Positions 1 to 7,877 of a DNA stretch of 32,000 nucleotides are shown here, in pieces. A program made the position numbers and the translations under genes. The notes under the pieces were generated by a model. It was not told where the DNA came from. It searched no databases and saw only the letters and a list, made by a program, of their open reading frames with translations. Source of the stretch: Candidatus Thalassarchaeaceae archaeon (GTDB lineage Archaea; Thermoplasmatota; Poseidoniia; Poseidoniales; Thalassarchaeaceae). The stretch's first letter is position 1, and the number at the start of each line of letters is the position of its first letter. Where the stretch lies: the NCBI GenBank assembly GCA_045568075.1, contig JBJLBP010000001.1:1020001-1052000 (forward strand), in the 5' to 3' direction.

Positions 1-81
1 AAGGTCGGGGTCGACAAGAATCTCGTAGCGATTACCACCTTTTTCGAGGCGAGCGATGACCGCATCATCGAGACTTACCAT
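1..81 (-). CDS. SBDS/Sdo1-family ribosome maturation protein, N-terminal fragment (gene runs off the left edge)
   Basis: A reverse-strand ATG at 81..79 opens MVSLDDAVIARLEKGGNRYEILVDPDL, with no stop before position 1. This matches the conserved N-terminal pattern of archaeal SBDS proteins as I remember it. It lies directly downstream of psmA, as in the conserved archaeal proteasome/exosome superoperon. It is too short to appear in the ORF track. Confidence 0.7.
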   Translation of the reverse strand, partial: MVSLDDAVIARLEKGGNRYEILVDPDL

Positions 82-132
82 GAATCGTCAGATTCGGCCC
101 AGCCCTTAGAGCAATCGGGGGCGCAATCGGAC

Positions 133-843
133 TCAATTGAGCTTGTCAAGATGCTTCAGAGTATCTTCGCGGCTCATCTTTTTGTAGCCACTACCATTGA
201 CAATTGCAATTTCCACGGCTTCTCGATTGAGATCTTCATCAATTGATTCTCGAAGAGCTTCAAGACCAAGCTTGATTGCTGCATTTTGAGTCATATTCGA
301 CTTCCAGTTTGCTTCAAAGTGGTCGATTACAGACGCTCGTCCTCGACCAATAGCACCAGCATGATATGACTGGTAAGCTCCACTAGGGTCTGTCTCAAAG
401 AGATGCACACCCTCAGCATCCACTCCAGCGATTAACAAGGCAGTGCCAAAGGGCCTAGCCCCTCCATATTGTGTGAAAGATTGCATGTAGTCACACATTT
501 TCTTTACCAGAGTGGTGACTGGAATAGCATCGCCATAGGTCATCCTGTTGACTTGGCATTGAACGCGAGCACGATCGACGAGTTGCCTCGCGTCGGCCAC
601 GAGTCCAGAAGTAGTGAATCCGACGTGGCCGTCAATCTGATACATCTTCTCGATTGAATCGATAATAACCAACTTGCTCGAAATCCTCTTGTCGACGATA
701 AGAACGACTCCATCGCGGAACTTGAGCCCGACCGTAGTCGTCCCACGTTTCACCGATTCTCGAGCATACTCGACTTGGTACAATCGTCCGTCTGGCGAGA
801 AGGTCGAAACCCCATGGTCATATCCACGTCCGCTTGGCTGCAT
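133..843 (-). CDS. psmA: 20S proteasome alpha subunit
   Basis: 236-aa ORF. The N-terminal YDHGVSTFSPDGRLYQVEYARESVKRGTT is the hallmark alpha-subunit signature, and the length is typical. Confidence 0.95.
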   Translation of the reverse strand: MQPSGRGYDHGVSTFSPDGRLYQVEYARESVKRGTTTVGLKFRDGVVLIVDKRISSKLVIIDSIEKMYQIDGHVGFTTSGLVADARQLVDRARVQCQVNRMTYGDAIPVTTLVKKMCDYMQSFTQYGGARPFGTALLIAGVDAEGVHLFETDPSGAYQSYHAGAIGRGRASVIDHFEANWKSNMTQNAAIKLGLEALRESIDEDLNREAVEIAIVNGSGYKKMSREDTLKHLDKLN

Positions 844-945
844 GGCTAACGCAGATAGTCCCGCGCCGGCCTCTTATCAACCTTGGTCGCGGTCCCTTCT
901 CGCTTGGTCCGGAAAGGTTGGGATGCGAGATTGCGGGATGTTAGG

Positions 946-960
946 CTATACTCAGTATAG
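946..960. promoter_or_regulatory. Palindromic A/T-rich element CTATA-CTCAG-TATAG in the psmA/dph6 divergent intergenic region (candidate TATA-like element readable in both directions)
   Basis: Perfect 5+5 inverted repeat seen in the sequence. It is the only A/T-rich patch in the 170-nt divergent spacer and lies about 55-65 nt upstream of the dph6 ATG (1014). A promoter role is inference only. Confidence 0.2.
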
Positions 961-1013
961 AGAACACCATTGCCGCGGGTGAAATTGATGGGTGCGAGGC
1001 CTTCCGCTGAGTC

Positions 1014-1772
1014 ATGCGCGTTGCAGTCCTATCTTCAGCAGGGAAGGACTCAACCTACGCCTGTTGGTGGGCGTTGATGCAAGGCTGGTCAGTCGAATCA
1101 CTTGTCACCGTGCATGTCACTTCAGATGATTCGATGATGTTTCAACTGCCGAATACTTCCCTAGCTGGATTACAGGCAGCCTCGATGGGAGTCCCTTGGC
1201 TACCAGTTCTTTCGGAGGGTGTTGAAGAATCTGAAATCGATGACCTAGAGGCTGCCATCCGAGGTAGATGCGATGTTTCTAATGCATACGCGCAGGTACG
1301 CGAGGACTCGCCAGCAGTCAATTTCCCAGAAGAGTTGGTTTTGCAAGATGGATCTTTGGAAGTCGATGCATTAGTCGTCGGAGCACTACGGTCTGATTAC
1401 CAGAAAACACGCATCGAGCGAATGTGTGAGCGGTTAGGTTTGATTTCTTACTGTCCACTCTGGCATCATTCACCAGAAGAACACATGCAATCGCTAGTCG
1501 ATCATGGATTCGATGTCAGAATTGTATCGGTTTCAACAGATGGACTTGGAGAAGAATGGTTGGGTGTCAAATTGGACGAACAGAGCCTTTCGAAACTATC
1601 TCTCGCTGCAAAGCGTAATCGATTCAACTTAGATGGCGAAGGAGGCGAATTCGAAACTATTGTTGTCGGTGCACCTCACCTCCGACATACCTTGGATATC
1701 ACAGGCCGCCCGCAATGGTCTGGCAGAAGGGGTGTGTGGATACTCGATAGCGCTGCATTAGCCGCTCAGTGA
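1014..1772 (+). CDS. dph6: Diphthine--ammonia ligase (Dph6 / MJ0570-type PP-loop ATPase)
   Basis: 252 aa. N-terminal PP-loop MRVAVLSSAGKDS, plus VVGALRSDYQKTRIERMCERLGL and DGEGGEFETIVV, which are typical of the ATP_bind_4 (DUF71) family. Confidence 0.85.
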   Translation: MRVAVLSSAGKDSTYACWWALMQGWSVESLVTVHVTSDDSMMFQLPNTSLAGLQAASMGVPWLPVLSEGVEESEIDDLEAAIRGRCDVSNAYAQVREDSPAVNFPEELVLQDGSLEVDALVVGALRSDYQKTRIERMCERLGLISYCPLWHHSPEEHMQSLVDHGFDVRIVSVSTDGLGEEWLGVKLDEQSLSKLSLAAKRNRFNLDGEGGEFETIVVGAPHLRHTLDITGRPQWSGRRGVWILDSAALAAQ

Positions 1773-1845
1773 TGCTTTTCGCCTCTTATCTATCATCCGC
1801 TAGCCTCAAGGGGGGGCGTCAAGTCGACGGCACACGGGGAACGTA

Positions 1846-3195
1846 GTGTCTGTATCACCACTGGATTACCGTTACGGCCGACCTGAAGCTAAAGACATCT
1901 GGTCTAGAGAGGGGCGGCATACTCGACAATTGGATGTTGAGCGCGCCCTAGTTTGGGCTCATTGTCAGCTCGGGCGCGTGAGTGCGGAGCATTACGATAA
2001 GATTGCAGATATCTCAGACCCTGGCATAGTTACAGCCGATAGGGTCGACGAAATCGAAGCTGAAACTCGCCACGATATCATGGCGCTCACCAAGGCGATG
2101 GCTGAGCAAGCTGGCGATGCTGCCTGGTGCATCCACTTGGGTGCAACGAGCAACGATATCGTTGATTCAGCCGTCGCACTACAGATTCGCGATTCAATTA
2201 CTATGCAACGTGAGATGCTGAAGCAAGTATTAGCTACTCTTTGTGACTTGGCTGAACGCGAGCGCGACACAGTCATGCTCGGGCGAACACATGGTCAGGC
2301 AGCGGTCCCAATCACCTTCGGATTGAAGATGGCAGTATTCGTTGATGAATTCCGTCGCCATCTCGTTCGCCTCGATGAACTTGAGGCCCGCGCTATCACA
2401 GGAAAATTCCTCGGCGCTGTTGGAACAGGAGCGGCTCAAGGTGAGAATGCCAAGGAACTTCAAAGACTCATTCTTGAACATCTTGGATTGAGTGTCCCGG
2501 TCGCCACCACACAAGTCGTTGGCCGCGACCGCTACATCGAGTGGGTTGGATGGATGGCAAATGTCGCCGCCTCGGTCGAGAAGTTGCTGCAAGAAGTTCG
2601 TAATCTCCAACGCTCGGAAATCGCCGAGGTCGGAGAATGGTTCGATGTCGAGAAGCAAGTCGGATCATCGACCATGGCTCACAAGCGTAATCCGATTACC
2701 GCTGAAAATGCATCTGGCCTCGCCCGTATCGTTCGCGCGATGATAATTCCATCTTACCAAAACGCACTACTTTGGCACGAGCGCGACCTCGCGAACTCAT
2801 CGAGTGAGCGTTTCACTCTATCTCATGCAATGATTCTACTCGACGATATCCTTGTCAAAACTGACCGAGTGATGAGTAAGTGCGTCGTCGATGCCGAGCG
2901 GATGCTCGCCAATATCGAATCGCAAAACGGACTAGTCATGGCTGAGAAACTCATGCTTGCCCTAGTCGATGCTGGAATGCACCGAGACCAAGCGCATGAA
3001 GTTCTCAGAAGCGCCTCAATGATCGCCGTTGCTGACCGCCGTCATCTGAGAGAGGTATGCGGTGAGGATGCGGAGATTACCGCTGCTTTCACTTCTGATG
3101 AACTAGACCAACTATTCAATCCGATGAGTCATTTGGGCGTTAGCGGAGAAATCGTCGATGAATCAGTCGCACTTGCACGTGCAGCGATTGAATAA
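1846..3195 (+). CDS. purB: Adenylosuccinate lyase
   Basis: 449 aa with a GTG start in the track. SPLDYRYG N-terminus and the fumarate-lyase family signature GSSTMAHKRNP. Confidence 0.93.
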   Translation: MSVSPLDYRYGRPEAKDIWSREGRHTRQLDVERALVWAHCQLGRVSAEHYDKIADISDPGIVTADRVDEIEAETRHDIMALTKAMAEQAGDAAWCIHLGATSNDIVDSAVALQIRDSITMQREMLKQVLATLCDLAERERDTVMLGRTHGQAAVPITFGLKMAVFVDEFRRHLVRLDELEARAITGKFLGAVGTGAAQGENAKELQRLILEHLGLSVPVATTQVVGRDRYIEWVGWMANVAASVEKLLQEVRNLQRSEIAEVGEWFDVEKQVGSSTMAHKRNPITAENASGLARIVRAMIIPSYQNALLWHERDLANSSSERFTLSHAMILLDDILVKTDRVMSKCVVDAERMLANIESQNGLVMAEKLMLALVDAGMHRDQAHEVLRSASMIAVADRRHLREVCGEDAEITAAFTSDELDQLFNPMSHLGVSGEIVDESVALARAAIE

Positions 3196-3212
3196 TCGAA
3201 GAAGAACTTGAA

Positions 3213-3449
3213 TCAATAGATGTACATCAGAGCAAGTAAGGCTGCTCCGGTAATTGTCGCAACAATTCCAAGCAGGATAATCATCGTATGCGGACCATAT
3301 TGATTGGAATCATTCAGAGCTGTATTGAAGAAGCCATCTTCTTGTAACGCGACGAAAAGATTAGTTTCCTTCTCTTCAAACGCTGGCGCTTCTCGCCTGC
3401 GTATCCTCTCAGTCATCGATGAATCGACCGTCGACGAGTCCTTGAGCAT
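3213..3449 (-). CDS. Hypothetical small tail-anchored membrane protein
   Basis: 78-aa ORF with a charged N-terminal part and a single C-terminal hydrophobic helix (MIILLGIVATITGAALLALMYIY) that ends at the stop. No family recognised. An alternative start exists at M12 (3416). Confidence 0.4.
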   Translation of the reverse strand: MLKDSSTVDSSMTERIRRREAPAFEEKETNLFVALQEDGFFNTALNDSNQYGPHTMIILLGIVATITGAALLALMYIY

Positions 3450-3511
3450 ATCCGCTAATACTCACCCAAGGATAGCAATCCTCATCCACCCTGAGTTCGC
3501 GAGCAATCGTC

Positions 3512-4081
3512 ATGCTCGACCTTGACTCAGGGGCTGTCCACCTATCTGTGGAAGCTGGGATTGGCGGCACCAGCCTATGTCTCAGCCTCGCAGCAGCGGT
3601 TCTAGAAGCGAATTCCCGAGTTGTTTGGCTCGGAAGAACGGCTCCAGATCCAGTCAGAACTAGACAAATATTGGCAAACCTGAACGAGCAACAACTCGAG
3701 CGTCTATTCATCATAGAATTCGGAGAAGATCTACTGACAAGAGCAAAGGCAGTTGGACCACTCATCTCCCGTCTCAATGAATCTGATATTGTCATCATCG
3801 ATGATTGGTGCCCATCGAGCGGACGTGCGCCAGCAAGCGATCTGAAAGCGGCGCGTTCAATCATTAGCGCAGCCACAAATACCCGATTAGTTCTCACTGC
3901 GAAGGCCTACGAGTCACCCTCAGGAACCGGAGAACCATGGAGGAGTAGAGGTGAACAATTGGATGGAGTTAGACAGACTTGGCTCTTCCGCATTGATGGA
4001 ATCAGAAACCGGAGAAAACTTGTCGACGGAGAGCAATACAACGAATTAGAGTTGAAAACTAGCGGATTTTTCCCCGCATAA
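3512..4081 (+). CDS. RecA-superfamily (RadB/KaiC-like) protein with degenerate Walker A
   Basis: 189 aa. VEAGIGGTSLCLSLAAAV aligns by eye to the RadA/RadB P-loop region G-x-G-K-T-x-L-C, but the lysine is replaced by glycine. A later hydrophobic strand ending in Asp (DIVIIDDW) looks like Walker B. The antisense 162-aa ORF (3409..3897) is Ser/Arg-rich junk, so I prefer the + strand. Confidence 0.5.
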   Translation: MLDLDSGAVHLSVEAGIGGTSLCLSLAAAVLEANSRVVWLGRTAPDPVRTRQILANLNEQQLERLFIIEFGEDLLTRAKAVGPLISRLNESDIVIIDDWCPSSGRAPASDLKAARSIISAATNTRLVLTAKAYESPSGTGEPWRSRGEQLDGVRQTWLFRIDGIRNRRKLVDGEQYNELELKTSGFFPA

Positions 4082-4309
4082 TCATTCTTCAGATTCGATG
4101 CTTGATTCCAATAAACGGTCCAATTCAGCGAGCGCATCTTCATCGGGAATCATCAGACTGTGAGGGTTTTTCGCTTGCCCAGAGTATTCTTCCTCTACCT
4201 CAACAATATCCGATCTACGCCGCTGCCTCAAACGCAGAATATACCAGATTAGACCTGCGGCAGAGAGACTCAGCAAGACTGCCGCTATCGTCTGACTGTC
4301 AACGGCCAT
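4082..4309 (-). CDS. Hypothetical small membrane protein (N-terminal TM helix, basic patch, acidic tail)
   Basis: 75-aa ORF: IAAVLLSLSAAGLIWYILRL, then RQRRRS, then an acidic C-terminus. It starts 18 nt downstream of the tiaS stop on the same strand. Its stop codon directly abuts the stop of the 3512..4081 gene. Confidence 0.45.
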   Translation of the reverse strand: MAVDSQTIAAVLLSLSAAGLIWYILRLRQRRRSDIVEVEEEYSGQAKNPHSLMIPDEDALAELDRLLESSIESEE

Positions 4310-4327
4310 GGAATACGCAACCGTGAC

Positions 4328-5605
4328 TCAGTCTTGATTCTTCGCGGGACTCGGAAGTGAACGTTCCAAGGGCATAGCGAGATGTCTTCGATTGGCTGCG
4401 GTTGGCTCAACCCAACCATCGTTCTGTCCGTCGAATGATATTGATTCGACTTTCCAAGTTTTTTCTTGGGTGGAACCACAAATTGTGCAGCGGAGACCTT
4501 GGCCTTTGCCAGCACTTCGCATGGCCTTACCGCAACATGCGGGTCGTTCGCCAGTCCTTGGCACTGTAGATTTCACTCGTAATCTCTCTAGGTGAATCTC
4601 GCCTGAAGGAGCTTTGAGACCTAGCCAATCAACTTCGTCGCCCGGCCTCGTACAACGCAATAATACGTTGACTGGTCCGCTCTCAGCAAAGGCTACTAGA
4701 GTTGACGCGACTTCACCATCCCACACCAAAACCGAGGAATGCCCACCCTGCACTTCGTTAGGTAAACCACTCACAACTGCACTATGATAACCCAGTAAAT
4801 GATCATCCGAAACCTGATTTGTTCTATGAATTGCCGAAGACTCACAGGTTTCGACATCATCACGAGACTGCATGAATTTGTGAGCATCTGAGACCTCTTC
4901 GGCCGAATTACCACGCACGCCGTATAGTACAGGGCAATTCGTGCGAGGCATAATCATGCCACGACCTGTCGTAGGATCTCTATTCGCAAATGTTCCTGGA
5001 AACTTCTCTGACATATCGATAATCGACTGTTGCGAGACTTCTCGATTCGTTCTGATTCGGTTAGATTGGCGCCAAGCGATTAATTCCCAAGTACTATCTT
5101 GCGAGGGATTCCAAGCGATTGCTGCACTCGCCCCGATAAGTCCAGCCGGCTGAGGTGAAACCGAGTGAATAGTAGCGCTATCTTGTAGCATTTCTAAACG
5201 AGTTTTCAACTTGACTTCTCGCCTAACGGCTTGCCAATACCATTCCTCTGGAAATTCTACGTCTGATACTAACAAACAAGGATCTGGTCGTTGACCTTCA
5301 CTAGGATATTCAGACTCGATTTCGAGATTCAAGTCTTTGATGAATTTCTTACAAATCATATTCACATCGGCCAAAGAACCCTGACCCAATTCACAGACTG
5401 CAGACAATGCAGCATTACCCCGTGTCCTCTTCGGTGCGAAAGGCCAGAGTCTTACTAGGCGTCTCTCAAGAACTGAGAAGTTATCGATACCTACTTCGAG
5501 CATTGATAGCAAACGCTGGAAATGCTCGGTTGTACACGCGTGATCGACATGGTCTGTGTCATCCAAAGCGATTCGGACGACACCTTTCACATGGGTACCG
5601 CTCAC
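4328..5605 (-). CDS. tiaS: tRNA(Ile2) 2-agmatinylcytidine synthetase TiaS
   Basis: 425 aa. It has IALDDTDHVDHACTT (the TiaS IDDTD...CTT N-terminus), RTRGNAALS, NCPVLYGVRGNS, a C-terminal zinc-ribbon-like CCGKAMRSAGKGQGLRCTICG, and ANRRHLAMPL. The GTG start at 5605 overlaps the gmhB-like stop. An in-frame GTG at 5590 is an alternative start. Confidence 0.9.
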   Translation of the reverse strand: MSGTHVKGVVRIALDDTDHVDHACTTEHFQRLLSMLEVGIDNFSVLERRLVRLWPFAPKRTRGNAALSAVCELGQGSLADVNMICKKFIKDLNLEIESEYPSEGQRPDPCLLVSDVEFPEEWYWQAVRREVKLKTRLEMLQDSATIHSVSPQPAGLIGASAAIAWNPSQDSTWELIAWRQSNRIRTNREVSQQSIIDMSEKFPGTFANRDPTTGRGMIMPRTNCPVLYGVRGNSAEEVSDAHKFMQSRDDVETCESSAIHRTNQVSDDHLLGYHSAVVSGLPNEVQGGHSSVLVWDGEVASTLVAFAESGPVNVLLRCTRPGDEVDWLGLKAPSGEIHLERLRVKSTVPRTGERPACCGKAMRSAGKGQGLRCTICGSTQEKTWKVESISFDGQNDGWVEPTAANRRHLAMPLERSLPSPAKNQD

Positions 5606-6243
5606 GCGGCACCCCCCAGTATAGTATCAACAACCCCTGAAAGGCCGATATCAGGATCACAACGGATGCCAGTTACCCCAAAGGCGAGTGCAGCAGCCAT
5701 ATCGACACCTCTGTCACCGACCATGAATGAGGTTGACTCATCAGGCCTGTCCCGCCAATCATCGTCAAACATTAGCCGCAGTGTGGCGAAATCAATGCCT
5801 TCAGCGGCAGCATCAAGCAGTTGACGACCGGACTCTAACATACCAGGATGTGGTTTGCGCGCCCAAGCTCCTTCCCATGGTGCGTATGGTGAGTAAAGCA
5901 CGAGGTCGAGATGGGCATCTACATCCTCAGCGAGTAACATTTCACGCAAGCGAGTATGAATTGAATCCAAATTCCTTGAATTCCAAAGACCTCGCCCCAC
6001 AGGAGATTGATTCGTTACAATGACGATTCGATATCCTGCCCGACGAAGCCGCCCTACAGAAGTTCCAGCATCTGGAAGCAAAACTACCTCTTCTGGTGTA
6101 TTGACATAATCTTCACTACCGATATTCAATACGCCATCTCTATCGAGATAGGCGATACGCCCATCCCACTCGATTCCGTCAGGAAGAGCCTCAAGTTCGA
6201 GAGAATCTGTCAAGCCCGCAGAATCGCGGTGCGGTGCCAACAT
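5602..6243 (-). CDS. gmhB: HAD-IIIA phosphatase, D,D-heptose 1,7-bisphosphate phosphatase (GmhB)-like
   Basis: 213 aa. HAD motif I YLDRDGVLN, motif II VIVTNQSPVGRG, RKPHPGML, and motif IV MVGDRGVDMAAA. The Cys-rich zinc site I remember from bacterial GmhB is not evident, so the substrate is uncertain. Confidence 0.7.
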   Translation of the reverse strand: MLAPHRDSAGLTDSLELEALPDGIEWDGRIAYLDRDGVLNIGSEDYVNTPEEVVLLPDAGTSVGRLRRAGYRIVIVTNQSPVGRGLWNSRNLDSIHTRLREMLLAEDVDAHLDLVLYSPYAPWEGAWARKPHPGMLESGRQLLDAAAEGIDFATLRLMFDDDWRDRPDESTSFMVGDRGVDMAAALAFGVTGIRCDPDIGLSGVVDTILGGAA

Positions 6244-6247
6244 GGTA

Positions 6248-6817
6248 TCACTGGCCGCGCTGGGCCTTCATCGCTTCTTTGACGATGTGGTTGATGACTA
6301 GTTGCATATCCTCAATTCGTTCCATTGAGGTCGTTGGGACAACGATTGCCACATCGACAATCCCAGCCAACTCACCACCAGCGCCGCCATTGTAATCTCC
6401 AGTAACTGCAGCGGTGCGGCAACCAGCCTCTTTAGCCATTGAAATGCCATTCAGAACATTGGCTGAATTTCCAGAGCCTGAATAAGCGATTACCAAATCT
6501 CCCGCTTTAGCAAATGTTGCCAATTGACCAGCGAATACATTCGAGTAATCAGTATCATTAGCCCAAGCCGTAAAAGAAGAAATATTGTCAGTGTGGGCAA
6601 TGGTTGGAATTCCCAATTCCTTCGACCAATCTCCAGCACTGTGAGAAGGGGTGGCTGCGCTCCCTCCATTACCGATCATGTGAACGCTGCCGCCGCGTTC
6701 ACCGACTGCAGCCAATTCACTCAATAAAGCCTGAATTTGTTCTAAGGAGACGTCTGCAAGGGTTCGACGCAAGTCGCCAATGTAATCCTTGGCGAACGAA
6801 TCGAAATCGAAGGCCAT
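6248..6817 (-). CDS. gmhA: SIS-domain phosphoheptose isomerase (GmhA)-like
   Basis: 189 aa. IGNGGSAATPSH and YSGSGNSANV are the GmhA-type SIS motifs, and the length is typical. Confidence 0.8.
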   Translation of the reverse strand: MAFDFDSFAKDYIGDLRRTLADVSLEQIQALLSELAAVGERGGSVHMIGNGGSAATPSHSAGDWSKELGIPTIAHTDNISSFTAWANDTDYSNVFAGQLATFAKAGDLVIAYSGSGNSANVLNGISMAKEAGCRTAAVTGDYNGGAGGELAGIVDVAIVVPTTSMERIEDMQLVINHIVKEAMKAQRGQ

Positions 6818-7877
6818 GATGCTCCCTGAGCCGAACCGGCGAGGGCATCCTATTTACGAGTTGATGATTGGAGTCGGTTCAATGCAGGAACCCATCGGGG
6901 CAGTATTGGCCACTGTCGCCGAGTCCATCGGTTTTACCGGAGAGGGTATGCGTTTGCTCATTGGAAGCCTCGGGATGGTGCTCCTAGCCGTCTCCTTTTC
7001 CAAATCAAAAGAGGTATACTCCGGAAAACTCGCAGCAGCCGGATGGATTATGCTTGGCTTGTTCATTTACCTACTTTCGGAGTATTACGTCAAGATTGGA
7101 GACCCTGTTCTCGTCTTGATGACTGCTGGAGCACTTCCAGGCGGTTTTATCCTCGCTTATTTGGAAGCCGCCCGCCTTCAGACATTATCATCTGAAACCA
7201 GAGAATCAATCATCTGGTTCAGAGGTATGGTAGCTTGGTCGATGATACCTTACCATATTGTGTACAGTATCCCATACCTCAATGTGGCATTTGTAATGCT
7301 GACCGCTCACAGTGCAGAATGGATGCTTGAGTTCGCAGGATTAGGAGCTTATACGATGGGGGAAGTGATGGTAGATCTGAATGGTGGTGGAGAGATTCCA
7401 CTCTCCGAATGGGATGGGAATATGTTTCTTTTGACGGCGCCTCTGGGTGATGGTGGATTCTTCATTCCGATGTACCACGCTACTGGAGAAGAAGTCAACA
7501 TCGGCTTCATTCTCAGTTGCTCAGGCCTTCAATCAATGATTATTTTTGTAGGCGCAATCGTTGCACTTCGAACCGTACCATGGAACCGCCGTGCGCGAGG
7601 ATTACTGATTGCTTTGCCGACAATCCACATCCTCAACACATTTCGAAATGCAGGTATAGTTTGGTTGACTGATGAGTATCGGAATTGGGATTTCTTAGGT
7701 TTGAGTATGTTCGATTTCACTCATAGTTACGCTGCGAAAGCAGCCAGTCTTTTTGCGATGTTTTTGATGGCTATCGCTCTATTCGACTTACTTCCTGAAC
7801 TTCACAGGAATATCATGCGACTTCTTCCTAGACAATTGCGTGGGGCTTCGAAATCTGAAGCATCAACGAGTTCGTAG
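6789..7877 (+). CDS. artA: Archaeosortase (exosortase/archaeosortase-family transpeptidase), ArtA-like
   Basis: Polytopic membrane protein. It carries the family Cys motif FILSCSGLQSMIIFVGAIVALR, the Arg motif ILNTFRNAGIVWL, and a later His (FTHSYAAKAASL). The track start is a TTG that overlaps gmhA on the opposite strand. In-frame ATGs lie at 6816, 6819, 6864 and 6882. The ATG at 6882 sits 26-31 nt downstream of TATTTA (6851-6856), which would fit a leaderless transcript. Confidence 0.65.
   Translation: MANESKSKAMMLPEPNRRGHPIYELMIGVGSMQEPIGAVLATVAESIGFTGEGMRLLIGSLGMVLLAVSFSKSKEVYSGKLAAAGWIMLGLFIYLLSEYYVKIGDPVLVLMTAGALPGGFILAYLEAARLQTLSSETRESIIWFRGMVAWSMIPYHIVYSIPYLNVAFVMLTAHSAEWMLEFAGLGAYTMGEVMVDLNGGGEIPLSEWDGNMFLLTAPLGDGGFFIPMYHATGEEVNIGFILSCSGLQSMIIFVGAIVALRTVPWNRRARGLLIALPTIHILNTFRNAGIVWLTDEYRNWDFLGLSMFDFTHSYAAKAASLFAMFLMAIALFDLLPELHRNIMRLLPRQLRGASKSEASTSS

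Noticed and set aside
931-1010. tRNA-like fragment in the psmA/dph6 spacer: GCGGGAT..., a small hairpin CTATA-CTCAG-TATAG, and a 7-nt loop TTGCCGC that could present a GCC anticodon
   Set aside because: There is no T-arm (no GTTCRANYC-like sequence) and no 3' strand complementary to the putative acceptor stem. The D-arm geometry is wrong. The segment also runs into the dph6 start codon.
2230-2658. 142-aa and other ORFs antisense to purB
   Set aside because: purB is unambiguous (fumarate-lyase signature), and the antisense frames show no motifs.
3409-3897. 162-aa ORF antisense to the RecA-like gene
   Set aside because: Its composition is Ser/Arg/Ala-rich and low in complexity, which is typical of the antisense frame of a real gene. 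It has no motifs, and it would also overlap the 78-aa ORF.
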